Shown here: piece by piece, positions 1 through 11,800 of the stretch
Layout: every line of letters starts with the position of its first letter
How positions within the stretch are numbered: position 1 is the first letter of the stretch
Source: Octopus bimaculoides
Taxonomy: Eukaryota
DNA length: 46,758 nucleotides
Assembly: GCF_001194135.2 (NCBI RefSeq)
Contig: NC_068981.1
Location: 61,747,927-61,794,684, forward strand
Reading direction: 5' to 3'
Notes under the pieces: generated by a model
The model's input: only the letters and a program-made list of their open reading frames with translations
Databases searched by the model: none
What the model was told of the DNA's origin: nothing
Made by a program: the position numbers and the translations under genes

Positions 1-286
1 TCTACTACCTCTGTCAAATGAATCACCAAAATTGGCCTTTCATTATTTATAATCTGTACCTGTTTGTTTGGTTATGAAATAAAATACACAAAACGTGTTT
101 CTGAATTACGTGTGTTTACTTTATATACATATGAGTTGAAAACTTTCTTCTGGTATTCCACTTAATATCTATGTTCCATGCTGGCATGGGTTGGAGAGTT
201 ATTAATGTAGAAATATGGTATCGTAGCTACTAACAGTTGAGGGTTGCGTAGTCTAGACGGCGTTTTTAGATTTCATTATTCTCTTT

Positions 287-316
287 AACCCGGGCAACGC
301 CGAGTATTTCTGCTAG
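287..316 (+). mobile_element. Helitron-like 3' terminus (subterminal GC hairpin, then CTAG|T)
   Basis: aacccgggcaacgccgagtatttctgCTAG followed by T: an imperfect ccgg/ccga hairpin about 10 nt before CTRR, the established rolling-circle 3' signature. Confidence 0.6.
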
Positions 317-329
317 TAGGTAATAAAGT

Positions 330-1563
330 AAGCCTCGGATAAAACTGTAAATATGGGTATGAAGAAAAAGAACGTTGGTGGAAAAGAAGAATAAAACAAT
401 GAATGAATGAAGTGCGAAAACATATAAACATGTTGGAAAGAAGAAAAAAAGTAAAATCAGTGGTGAGGAAAAAGATTAGGAACTAGCACGTCGATATAGA
501 ATAAAGAAAGAGGGGCTAACTTAAAGAGCTGAAACAATGATTGCAGGCTAAAGCGGCAAAAATCAAGGGATATGCATAGATAAAGAGAAATGACCAAAGA
601 ATTGAAGAATATAAAACAAACATATTATTCCAAGACCAGAAATTAAAAAAGACCATAGAGAGCTGATGATGAAAATTTCGCAGGACAAGAAAATGCAGTC
701 AGTTCTAGAAGAATAAAGATGAGATTGATTGGTATAGAATTTGACAATGGTTGCAGCAAGGAGTCTTAAAAGTGCCCACTGAAGCATTAGTGTGCAGCGC
801 TGAAGAACAAGCTCTCAGAACAAACTACTCCAAATAATATTGATAAAAGCACTGACTCACCACAGTGTAGGGTGTGCTCTGAGAAGTGAGAAAGTATAAG
901 CCACATTGTTAGTGAGTGCTGTAATCTCGCACAAGGCGAATACAAACGGAAACACGACAATGTGGCCAGATATGTCCACTGGTTGTTGTGTGGTAAAGCA
1001 AACTCCGAGAGAGCCGATCAATGGTATGCACACAAGCTAGAGTGAGTAATGCCAAATGAACATTACAAAATACTCTGGAATTTTAACATACAGTGCGACC
1101 AAGTCATAGAGGTGAGACGGCCAGATATCGTTATCATCCATAAGATGAAAAAGAAGCAAAGATAATAGATTTTGCAATACCAGGCGATTAGAGAGTGAAA
1201 CGTAAGGAAACAGAAAAGAGTGAAAACAATTCCAGCCTCTGCGGGACGAGATAGGAAAGTTGTGGGGTATGAGGAAAGTAATAATGATAGTGGTAGTAAT
1301 TGGAGCGTTAGGAGCAGTTTCCAAGGGCTTTGAAAAACATATTAAGAATACTGGAGCTACCGTCAGGCTCGACGTGATCCAAAAGACAGCATTGTTGGGC
1401 ACAGCTGGCATTCTAAGGAGAGTATTGTCTCTTTGAGTCACAAGAGTAGGAACTTTTTGAAACCTTTAGTGGCTTGTTGTTATCTGCTTTCAAGTAAAGA
1501 ATAACTGGTAATTAAGAACTATCCTAAAGTCTTTCAAAATAATAATAATGATAACAATAATAA
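330..1563 (+). mobile_element. Decayed R4/Dong-type RLE non-LTR retrotransposon, copy 1, RT domain deleted
   Basis: N-terminal piece (WKRRI..., LQAKAAKIKGY) is joined directly to the post-RT region: WLQQGVLKVPTEAL, zinc knuckle CRVC..ESISHIVSEC, KHDNVA, RRPDIVI, IIDFAIPGD, IQKTALLGTAGILRRVLSL* (stop about 1437). A 3'UTR and (AAT)n-like tail at 1540-1563 follow. Stops and frameshifts throughout. Confidence 0.9.
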
Positions 1564-1564
1564 T

Positions 1565-1738
1565 GGCCAGAATAGTCAGGCAAGTATTAGATAGCTGAAG
1601 AGAACGGATAGCATGATACCGTCGGCTACAGATAGCAAGTCCGCAGTTCATGCAAGGCTCCAACAGTTCTAGCAAAACATGTGATAGAGAAAAGAATTAA
1701 CAACAACAACAACAAAAACAACAACAACAACAATAATG

Positions 1739-1797
<59 letters not shown>
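1565..1797 (+). mobile_element. Extremely 5'-truncated R4/Dong-type copy 2 with (AAC)n(AAT)n tail
   Basis: Starts with ARIVRQVLDS* (the RLE ORF C-terminal motif ARILRKVL), then about 100 nt of 3'UTR, then the microsatellite at 1699-1797. Confidence 0.65.
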
Positions 1798-1801
<4 letters not shown>

Positions 1802-1807
1802 CTAGAA

Positions 1808-2773
1808 TAATAATAAAACTAGAACAGCAACAGACCATGATAAAACGATGGCAAGAAAAGCCCCTACATGGTAAATACTGGGCTAAACTAAATGCGAAAG
1901 AAATAGACAGAGAAAAATCCCAGCAATGGCTNNNNNNNNNNNNNNNNNNNNNNNNNNNNNNNNNNNNNNNNNNNNNNNNNNNNNNNNNNNNNNNNNNNNN
2001 NNNNNNNNNNNNNNNNNNNNNNNNNNNNNNNNNNNNNNNNNNNNNNNNNNNNNNNNNNNNNNNNNNNNNNNNNNNNNNNNNNNNNNNNNNNNNNNNNNNN
2101 NNNNNNNNNNNNNNNNNNNNNNNNNNNNNNNNNNNNNNNNNNNNNNNNNNNNNNNNNNNNNNNNNNNNNNNNNNNNNNNNNNNNNNNNNNNNNNNNNNNN
2201 NNNNNNNNNNNNNNNNNNNNNNNNNNNNNNNNNNNNNNNNNNNNNNNNNNNNNNNNNNNNNNNNNNNNNNNNNNNNNNNNNNNNNNNNNNNNNNNNNNNN
2301 NNNNNNNNNNNNNNNNNNNNNNNNNNNNNNNNNNNNNNNNNNNNNNNNNNNNNNNNNNNNNNNNNNNNNNNNNNNNNNNNNNNNNNNNNNNNNNNNNNNN
2401 NNNNNNNNNNNNNNNNNNNNNNNNNNNNNNNNNNNNNNNNNNNNNNNNNNNNNNNNNNNNNNNNNNNNNNNNNNNNNNNNNNNNNNNNNNNNNNNNNNNN
2501 NNNNNNNNNNNNNNNNNNNNNNNNNNNNNNNNNNNNNNNNNNNNNNNNNNNNNNNNNNNNNNNNNNNNNNNNNNNNNNNNNNNNNAAAAACACCAGGACT
2601 TACAAATATATATAACATTCAGAAAATTGCACTACTGGGTACTGCACACATTCTACGCAAAACACTTTCAATACAGTAAACATAAGAGCACCACAGCAAA
2701 CCACAGCACATACCCAAGGCGCACAGAGCTGCGCTCGGTAGTGAAGTGAAAGCACGTTATAAAAATAAAACTA

Positions 2774-2816
<43 letters not shown>
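1808..2816 (+). mobile_element. 5'-truncated R4/Dong-type copy 3, interrupted by a 654-N gap
   Basis: KRWQEKPLHGKYW...EKSQQWL before the gap; IQKIALLGTAHILRKTLSIQ* after it (stop 2679); 3'UTR and (AAT)n tail at 2778-2816. Both visible flanks translate without stops. Confidence 0.9.
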
Positions 2817-2820
<4 letters not shown>

Positions 2821-5231
2821 CAAGAACATGCATGGGAATACATCACAATATGAGACATAAGGATGACACTCACAAAGGTCCATCAGTGTAAATCTATTGG
2901 TAATGATAAGGTTCCAAGTTTCTGACTCGCAACGCTCCTGTGCGCACAAAAAATTAGTCCAGATATTCAATGGAATTATGGGAGATCCTACTAAAACACC
3001 TGATTGGTTAGCAAAAGGTAATACTTACCTTCTTCCAAAGAATAATGAAACCAAATTTCCCTATAGCTATCTGCTCATAACATGTCTATCTACCACGTAT
3101 AAAAGTTTAACATCCATCCCCTTGGGAAAAGCATAGAAATTATGGAACAGAACGATATTTTCTCCTCTTAACGAAAAGGGTGCCGACGACGCTCATATGG
3201 ATACAAAAACCATCTCTTAATCGACCACATGATACTTGAGAACTGTCATAACAAATACAGAAATATCAATTCCTCGCAGATTGATTTTAAAAAGGCCTCT
3301 GACAGCACATAGCTTTCATGGATTTTAAAAGGGCAGGATATCTTTAAAATTTGTCCTATGATTTCAAACTTCCTAAAACACATGTCAGTGTAAAATACGA
3401 ATCTCCAATTATACCACAAAAACTATGAATATCAACTGCGGTATTTTCCAAGGTGACTCACTTTTACTTTTAGTTTTTTGCATAGCCCTAATTAATACCC
3501 CTTATATGTGGATTTAACAGAACAGGGTATGTATATAAAATTGGCGGTAAGAAAGAAAGTCAGCTATTTTATATAGATGACTTAAAACTCTTCGGCACAG
3601 ACGATAACAAGTTTGAAGGACTACTATGTACTGTGAAAGCATTCAGTGATGACATTGGGATGAAAATTGGTCTTGATAAATGTGCCAAGATCAATTTCCA
3701 GGAAGAGAAATTGAAAACCTCACATTTACTGGTGATGGATGTTGACACAGTCATAAAAGAACTCGAGCAGGCACAAACTTTCAAATACATGGGAATAAAT
3801 GAGGGCTCTGGCATTCAACATGCAAGCATGAAAGAGAAGATGAGGAAAAAATGTTACAAGAGAGTTCAAACAGTACTAAACTCCTAGTTAAATACACGTA
3901 ACTAGGCGTTAACTTTAGATCCCGTAGCAGTTCAGGTTGTTACTTACAGTTTCAATGTGTCGAACTGGAATATGAGCGAAATAGGAAGATTGACAGGAAA
4001 ATTCGTAATCTGATGACTTGCAATTAAATGCACCACACAAAGACAGATGCAGATCGTCATTACTTACCCAGCGCTCCAGTAGGTCGTGGCTTGAACCAAC
4101 TTGAAATTTCTTACAAAACCACCTCAGTTGAACTGGCAAAATATCTTGAAAGATCTAACGACTAGATGTTGAAAACCATGAAAGACAAGAGAAGTTTAAC
4201 TCTGTTATGAAGGAGAGCAAAAAGGTTTCAAGTAAGTTTATGTCTATAACCCAGACAATTGGCTGATAGGTGGGAATATAAACCTCTGATTCGCAAATAT
4301 GTGACCGGTAGCAAACAAGCTGATGTAGACCAGAAGTGCACCCATCAGTGGCTACGAAACTCAGGCCTAAACGCAGAGAATGAATGATTTATCTTGGCTG
4401 CTCAGAGTTTATTGACCCGGGACTATGAAGTCAATGTAATGAAAAATGTTATAGACCCAAAATGCCGATACTGCAAAGATGGGATTGAAACAGTGAACCA
4501 CCTGATCTCTGTGTGTAAGGTTTTAGCACTTGTAGAGTACAGATCTTAGCCTGACAAAGTCGGACAATATCTACACTGGATATTTCATCATTATAAAAGC
4601 AAAACTGCTGACAAGTTGTACAAGCTTCGCTCTCGGGTTGTAGCTGTTGGAGAAAATGTAGCGATTCATTAGGACCTCTTAGTATGTTCAGACCGGACCA
4701 TCAAAGCACATAAACCAGGTATTGTTGTGAAAGACCAAAACAAGAAAGTCTGTTTAACGATTGACATGAGCATACCTTGTGACCATGATATCTACTAAAG
4801 AATTTGATAAGCTCAGAAAATATAAAGATTTGCTAATGGAAATCGAAAATTTGTGGCATCTCAAGACGGTTACAAAATTCAGTGATTGTAGGATCACTTG
4901 GAAATATCAAAACAGGAACTGAAAATTATTTAAGAATAATCCTTGGTTTTCCATCGAGGCAGAAAGTGCAAAAGATTGTCTTGCCTGGTATATCACATGT
5001 ACTAAGAAAAGCATTGTCGCTGTGACTTTTCTTTCCATCTTTCCCTTGTATTTTCTTTATTTACTTCTGTATTTTTATTTTTTCCCCTTTTCTCTAAGTC
5101 TTTCTTCCCCTATTTCTCTATCAAATGATTTTGAAAATGAACAATCTGGTGTGTTTATTTTAATGGTCTGCATATGTATACAGTGCATTCCTCTACCTCG
5201 GCAAGAAATGGAAACAGAATTGAAAGATGAT
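2817..5231 (+). mobile_element. R4/Dong-type copy 4, decayed RT plus RLE
   Basis: PDWLAKGNTYLLPK..ITCLSTTYK, IDFKKASDS, GIFQGDSL (about 3440), FYIDDLKLF (about 3570), FSDDIGMKIGLDKC, KCRYC..ETVNHLISVC, KPGIVV, ending LRKALSL* at 5025, then 3'UTR up to the gap. Confidence 0.92.
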
Positions 5232-5425
5232 NNNNNNNNNNNNNNNNNNNNNNNNNNNNNNNNNNNNNNNNNNNNNNNNNNNNNNNNNNNNNNNNNNNNN
5301 NNNNNNNNNNNNNNNNNNNNNNNNNNNNNNNNNNNNNNNNNNNNNNNNNNNNNNNNNNNNNNNNNNNNNNNNNNNNNNNNNNNNNNNNNNNNNNNNNNNN
5401 NNNNNNNNNNNNNNNNNNNNNNNNN

Positions 5426-5550
5426 GAAGAAGAAGAAGAAGAAGAAGAAGAAGAAGGAGAAGAAGAAGAAGAAGAAGAAGAAGAAGAAGGAGGGGGAGGA
5501 GGAGAAGAAGAAGAAGGGGAAGAAGAAGAAGAAGAAGAAGAAGAAGAAGA
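5426..5550. repeat. (GAA)n microsatellite
   Basis: Direct reading; it abuts an N gap. Confidence 0.97.
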
Positions 5551-5625
5551 ATAATACTTTCACAGAATGAACGAAAGCAATTAAGACTGTAAGCTATGAT
5601 AACTAAAATAACGATTATAATAATG

Positions 5626-6440
5626 ATTGACACAACAGGGGGAAAAAAACACTCTTAGTGGCCTGGAATAAAGGCCTTAATAGTTTTCCTCACAGCCAGA
5701 TAAAAGAATGCTCGGAGATGTTCAAAATGTCACCAGTAATCAGGAATTTTGTAATTCACACCATGAAGCACTGGAAAGAGACATTAACTCCCGACAAAGA
5801 GACTATGATAAGAAACGCCGGACAGATCAATATGAATTGTGGAATCCATGAAGGAAATTCATTATATTCTTTGTTATTCTGCTAAGCACTGCTTCCTCTA
5901 AGTAAATTCCTGAATGAAACAATTTATGGATACATCGGTTACTGAATAACAGTTAATCATCTCTATATGGATAATTTGAAGCTGTTCACAAAAGATGTCC
6001 GACTACAAGCACTCCTACAAACAATCAAGTAATTTAGTGACAACATCAAAATGGAATTTGGGCTTGACAAATGCTCCTAGGCCACATTTACCAAAGAAAA
6101 ACTAAAAGAAAACACGTGCAACATCACTCTAGAGAGAGACACCGAGATAAAAGAATTAGAACCTCAATGTAGTTAGAAGTGTCTAGGAGTATTTGAAGAA
6201 AATGGAATGGACCACTCACTAATTACAGAAAAGATAATGACAGAATGCTACCAAAGAGTAAGAACCATTCTGAAAATCGAGCTAAATGTAAGAAACAGAT
6301 GTTGAAGCTATAAACATATTGCCCACGCCTATAATCACATGCAGCTTCACTATTAGGAAATGGTCTCTGTGATCCAAAGTGATTTCAGCATGCGAAACAG
6401 GATGCGAATGCCTTGCATGCATCACCCCCAGAGCAGAGAA
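5626..6440 (+). mobile_element. R4/Dong-type copy 5, RT-only fragment
   Basis: VAW...SFPHS.IKEC, GIHEGNSLYSLLFC (decayed GIFQGDSLSPLLF), LYMDNLKLF (decayed YMDD), MEFGLDKC, CLGV, MHHPQS. Confidence 0.85.
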
Positions 6441-6566
6441 TAGAAGTTACTCGGGTGTGAATACAATCTCAGCCCTTATGGCGACACGTAAATGACAGAA
6501 TGTTATAGCTGGTTCTGAAACAAAGATAATGATAGCTATTCTCAGTGATAAAAAACCTGACAATTT

Positions 6567-6675
<109 letters not shown>

Positions 6676-7559
6676 TGGTCAGAATATATAGATTTTTGAC
6701 CGATGTAGTGTAATAATTTCCATTGCTATTGTACCGCAATGGAAAATCTTATTTCTAGTGGATAATGTCCTTATTGAAAATACAAACGCATTACAAACTT
6801 TTGCTTCGCTAGAATAGATCTCAAATATATAAGTCTAAGTGTGTAACCTTTTCTATATTAATGTAGACTAAAATATTTATTTCAGTCATTAGTTTGCAGT
6901 AAATTTGTTTAACTTATTTTGCCTCATTGCATTTTGCTGCTATTCATATTGATGTTTTGTCATGTAAAAACATATTGACATTCTGTGCGAAAGATAAAAC
7001 GTAACCGATTTTGGACATTGTCTATGAGCCAGTATCATGAAAACATATATCATGATTTAAGAGCGTTTCATGATCATGAAGATATAGGGTTAAGCAGTAA
7101 ACGCATACAAATGGCACTTAAGAATGTTAAATTTGCGTTCTACAAGCTCGTTACTGCAAGCGATTACTACAGTTTGTCATTGATTTTTCTTAGCACCTTT
7201 CGTAATATATGGTTCTTAGGAGATAGCACAACTTTCTGCTGCCTGATGTTGTTTAGACTTCGAGAAATTCAATAGTATATATCTTCAGTAATGAGAACCA
7301 ATTTATTTCACCCACGTCGGAATTCACAAATTGACACCTCTTCATTTGACGTAAAAATTAAAATATATCTTGCTTATTTTGGTTCGAGGTAAGATCTAAG
7401 TTCATTCTATTGCTATTGCTGAAAATCAGACCAGCACATACATATTTTTACAGGGTTATATTCTTTATTTACAGGGTTTATATTTTATTTTCATGGTTAT
7501 ATATTTTTTATTTCGTGAATAAACATTGTTTGTGTTTGATTTTGATGACTACACAGTAC

Positions 7560-8242
7560 AGTAGAGGGTGTGAGGGAATCAGTACAATGACGCAATTCAC
7601 TCTGTCAGAAATTTGGAAACGACATGTTGTGCTGCTTGGCATCCGCGCCGGAAGCTCCAAAACGAAGATTTCAGAGTGTTTGGGTGTCAATTTAGGGCAG
7701 TGCAATCTAAGGACATCATGGTGTTTGGAGTGATCATCTTCCCACGCGGCTTCAGACTCAGCACGGAGGCCTAAGTGCCTGGAGGAGGTAGTGCTCCCTG
7801 GGGTGACAGAGTGGCCGCTGGGAGACCCTACGTCTGGGAACAAGACTCGGTGCCATGCCTCACAGGCAGAAGATCCCAGTCATGGCAGTCAGACAATTTC
7901 TGCGACCACATCACACCTCATTTCTCAGACTGCAACCCTCTTGATTATCATGTGTGGAGAGTAGGTGAGTGAGAGACAAACAAAATTCCTTGTAACACTA
8001 TTGATGAACTGAATTCAAGGATTATAGCAGCATTCAACAACTTCAAGAAGACCAACCAGAAGAGCTGCAAGAGCTCCCGAAGTCGTCTGGTTAAAGCCAA
8101 TGGCGACTTTACTGAATAAATTTACTCTTGTGTATTTCAAGATATTTTTATGTAATTTTGGTAAATATATTTGTAAAAATGAAATATCAGGGTTATTTTC
8201 TTTTTTGCGTAATTTAGACAGCAGTTTATTCACTGGACCCTG
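7560..8242 (+). mobile_element. Internally deleted maT (DD37D-like Tc1/mariner) transposon
   Basis: HTH start MTQFTLSEIWKRHVVLLGIRAGSS joined to VAAGRPYVWEQDSVPC...DCNPLDYHVW and C-terminal KANGDFTE*. The right end ...cactggaccctg is followed by TA. The left TIR is not clearly identifiable. Confidence 0.8.
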
Positions 8243-8440
8243 TATATATATATAAATATATGTATATATGGATGGATGGATGCAAATATATGTGTATGTG
8301 CACGCCCGCGCGCGTGTCTGTGTATCATTCAATGTCCACGAACTATTAACGGTGTCTTTCTGTGGGATCATGCTTCTAGAATCATACTATACATAAATAC
8401 ACACGCACACACACACACATACATATATATACACATATAC

Positions 8441-8472
<32 letters not shown>

Positions 8473-8753
8473 NNNNNNNNNNTGTATGTATGTATGTATG
8501 TATGTATGTATGCATGTATGAGTGGGCCTAAGTGAGTGTAGATAAGAAGCTAATAGTGTTTTCTAAGTTTTATTTCCTTTATTGTAAGGGAGATTTAATG
8601 TCAGAAAGACTTAAGTAACGAAGAACTCCAAAAATCGTGTTATTGGTTATTCCGGATGATAGAATTCAATGACTGTCATATAGTGTAGAAGTAATAATAC
8701 TAGTGGTTTATACCGCTTTACATCATCAAAAAACTTGTGTGTGTGTTTTTGCG

Positions 8754-8860
8754 TTTTCGTCTACTATATCCCCACTCCATTCACAAAGCTTTTGCTGGGC
8801 TGCGATTATAGAAGACGAGTACCCAGGGCGCCGCGCGCTGGAACCCAACACGGAACCTTG
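8754..8860 (-). mobile_element. Degraded tRNA-derived octopus SINE
   Basis: cgtctac...cactccattcacaaagctttt...tagaagacgagtacccagggcgccgcgc...cggaacc matches the reverse complement of a recalled octopus SINE consensus. Confidence 0.6.
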
Positions 8861-8965
8861 CGTAATCATTCTATTTCAAAATTAAATTTCTAAACTTCCC
8901 TTTCTCCAACAGATATACGCGGCACTGTATATTAATATTGATATTCTTACACCAATCTGCCTGTA

Positions 8966-9012
8966 ATATGTAAAGTTTCACATATGTAAAGTTTCACATA
9001 TGTAAAGTTTCA
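8966..9012. repeat. 16-bp tandem repeat, about 3 copies (atatgtaaagtttcac)
   Basis: Units at 8966, 8982 and 8998. Confidence 0.95.
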
Positions 9013-10660
9013 TTTATAAGGCATTTATATATTCGACTGCTTTTGGAGTAATCTTGTATTCATATTATTAAAAGCTATGTCTTAGTGTTGGCATGTAAAA
9101 GCTAACGGCCCTTGATGTGATAATATATCCTTCTATACGCTGGCCTTTCAATTATCCAACTACTATTCTTATATAATACAACAAGATGGGTTTTCTGTTA
9201 TTTAATATTTAGTAAAACCACCTACACAAATTTTCCTATATTGCTTTTGTTAATTGTTATCTTCATCAGTTTTCTGAAAAAACAACATTCTAATGGATAT
9301 TATAAATCATTCTTGACAGCTTTTTCTAATTCATATTTTTCGTATATTTAAAACGAATTACATAATTTATCTGCTTTTATGACAAATTATCACATGAATA
9401 ATTGTAGACGATTTTGCGATATTCTTATCGCCCTTATTTTGATAAGGCGGTTATCTAATTTTTGTTTTAAAATTTTCTTTGAATATTTGGGATGTTAACA
9501 CTATATCATTATATTTTATTTTCGTGTTGACTACAATTAAAATAAATTATACAAATTTAAGTCACTGATTCCAGTACTGATATTAAATAAATTTTATTAA
9601 CGTTTGCGAATATGCTTTAAATATCTATGGAAATGTGTGTATGTATATATATATATATATATNNNNNNNNNNNNNNNNNNNNNNNNNNNNNNNNNNNNNN
9701 NNNNNNNNNNNNNNNNNNNNNNNNNNNNNNNNNNNNNNNNNNNNNNNNNNNNNNNNNNNNNNNNNNNNNNNNNNNNNNNNNNNNNNNNNNNNNNNNNNNN
9801 NNNNNNNNNNNNNNNNNNNNNNNNNNNNNNNNNNNNNNNNNNNNNNNNNNNNNNNNNNNNNNNNNNNNNNNNNNNNNNNNNNNNNNNNNNNNNNNNNNNN
9901 NNNNNNNNNNNNNNNNNNNNNNNNNNNNNNNNNNNNNNNNNNNNNNNNNNNNNNNNNNNNNNNNNNNNNNNNNNNNNNNNNNNNNNNNNNNNNNNNNNNN
10001 NNNNNNNNNNNNNNNNNNNNNNNNNNNNNNNNNNNNNNNNNNNNNNNNNNNNNNNNNNNNNNNNNNNNNNNNNNNNNNNNNNNNNNNNNNNNNNNNNNNN
10101 NNNNNNNNNNNNNNNNNNNNNNNNNNNNNNNNNNNNNNNNNNNNNNNNNNNNNNNNNNNNNNNNNNNNNNNNNNNNNNNNNNNNNNNNNNNNNNNNNNNN
10201 NNNNNNNNNNNNNNNNNNNNNNNNNNNNNNNNNNNNNNNNNNNNNNNNNNNNNNNNNNNNNNNNNNNNNNNNNNNNNNNNNNNNNNNNNNNNNNNNNNNN
10301 NNNNNNNNNNNNNNNNNNNNNNNNNNNNNNNNNNNNNNNNNNNNNNNNNNNNNNNNNNNNNNNNNNNNNNNNNNNNNNNNNNNNNNNNNNNNNNNNNNNN
10401 NNNNNNNNNNNNNNNNNNNNNNNNNNNNNNNNATACCTGTGTGCGTGAGTATGCGTACGTATGTGTGTGAGAGTGAGAGAGAGAGAGATAGAGAGACATC
10501 GATATGATATGTATTACTTAAAGAAAGAAAATGTACACAATTTACATAACTTTAATATATTTTTTATTACGTTTTATACGAGAAAGACTACTGTGTTTGG
10601 CAACCGGTTTCGCTTTCGCTAATCATGACACCGAAAATATTGTAATTTCATATTTTCTTC

Positions 10661-10749
10661 AGAGGATTTAAGTCCATGTTGTGTATGGGGGTTTGTGATT
10701 GAAACTTTCCTACACAAACTCTCATACACAACATGGACTAAAATCTTCT
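10661..10749 (+). ncRNA. Pre-miRNA-like hairpin candidate
   Basis: 37-nt arms at 10661-10697 and 10713-10749 with a 15-nt loop; 33 Watson-Crick pairs, 3 G:U and 1 mismatch on the + strand. No expression evidence. Confidence 0.35.
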
Positions 10750-11589
10750 TAAGATAAAAGGAAATTACAATAATTTTAACGTCATGATTACAGAAAGCGA
10801 GACCGGTCGAAAAGCACATTACTCTTTCACTCCCAAAATCTATTAAGAAATATATTGAAACTATGTAATCTGTGTGTATTCTCCTTCCTTTACTTTATAT
10901 TTATTTTCTATGTTGCATATATATATATATATATATAGCATTTAGCATGAGAATCATATTCATTTCTTGTAATAGTTTCGAATATTGGTACAGGGACAAT
11001 AATTTCGGGGATGGAGTAAATCGATTACAAAGACCCCTGTGTTCAAATGTCTCGCTCGTCTCTTGACCATCTTCATGTATTTGGTAAAAACGCTCTACAA
11101 TCGAGTGAAGTGTTAGTACACTTTTTGAGACCATGTTTATATGACAGCTAACATATGCTGATATATACCAGTTGTCTGAATCAGTTATACATATTTCTGT
11201 TTAAATTATAAGCTAGAACTAACATTGAAATAGGCGGCGGTTTGCATGATGAGGGCAATGATTTCTATCACTTCAACATAGTTTTATCTTTACAGTGTCT
11301 GTGTGATTCTCTGAGGTAAACAGAAATTGTTCGGAAGGTGAGAGCCTGAAAATATTTTCGACTAACTTAATATTAACAGTTAGTACGTTGCATGAACAAG
11401 GTTTTTTTGGAAATAAAGGAGTTCCGATAATTCCTGGTGAGATTAACACGCACAAATACTTTCCTTTTACAGACACTATTCATTTTGTATTTCCTAATAT
11501 TATACATGTACTGATGCATAGATAGGAGCTAAATCCTGAGAAACATGAGATTTTATAAAACATAAAACAAAGAAACTTCCGATAAGGAA

Positions 11590-11800
11590 TGACGGGGCAC
11601 ATATAACCTTCCACAGGATTACAATCGGGAGAAGTAGAAAGCCTGAAATTGCGTCTAGTAAAGATGTAGAGATTCTTCAACAGTCAATTCTGAAGGTATA
11701 GCAAGGAGACGAATTCTGCTGTCACATATACGGCCTTCCAGTAGCAACCCTCTCCAGCCAGGTATTGACCACACTCTCAAGCAGCTTCAATATTTGCCTG
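11590..11800 (-). mobile_element. maT-like transposase fragment
   Basis: Minus strand reads LLESVVNTWLERVATGRPYM*QQNSSPC...SPDCNPVEGYM, the same family as 7.8-7.95 kb. Confidence 0.7.

Noticed and set aside
7240-7320. Minus-strand IYTIEF resembling the Helitron Rep motif YxIEFQKRG
   Set aside because: No QKRGLPH and no downstream Rep motifs; likely chance.
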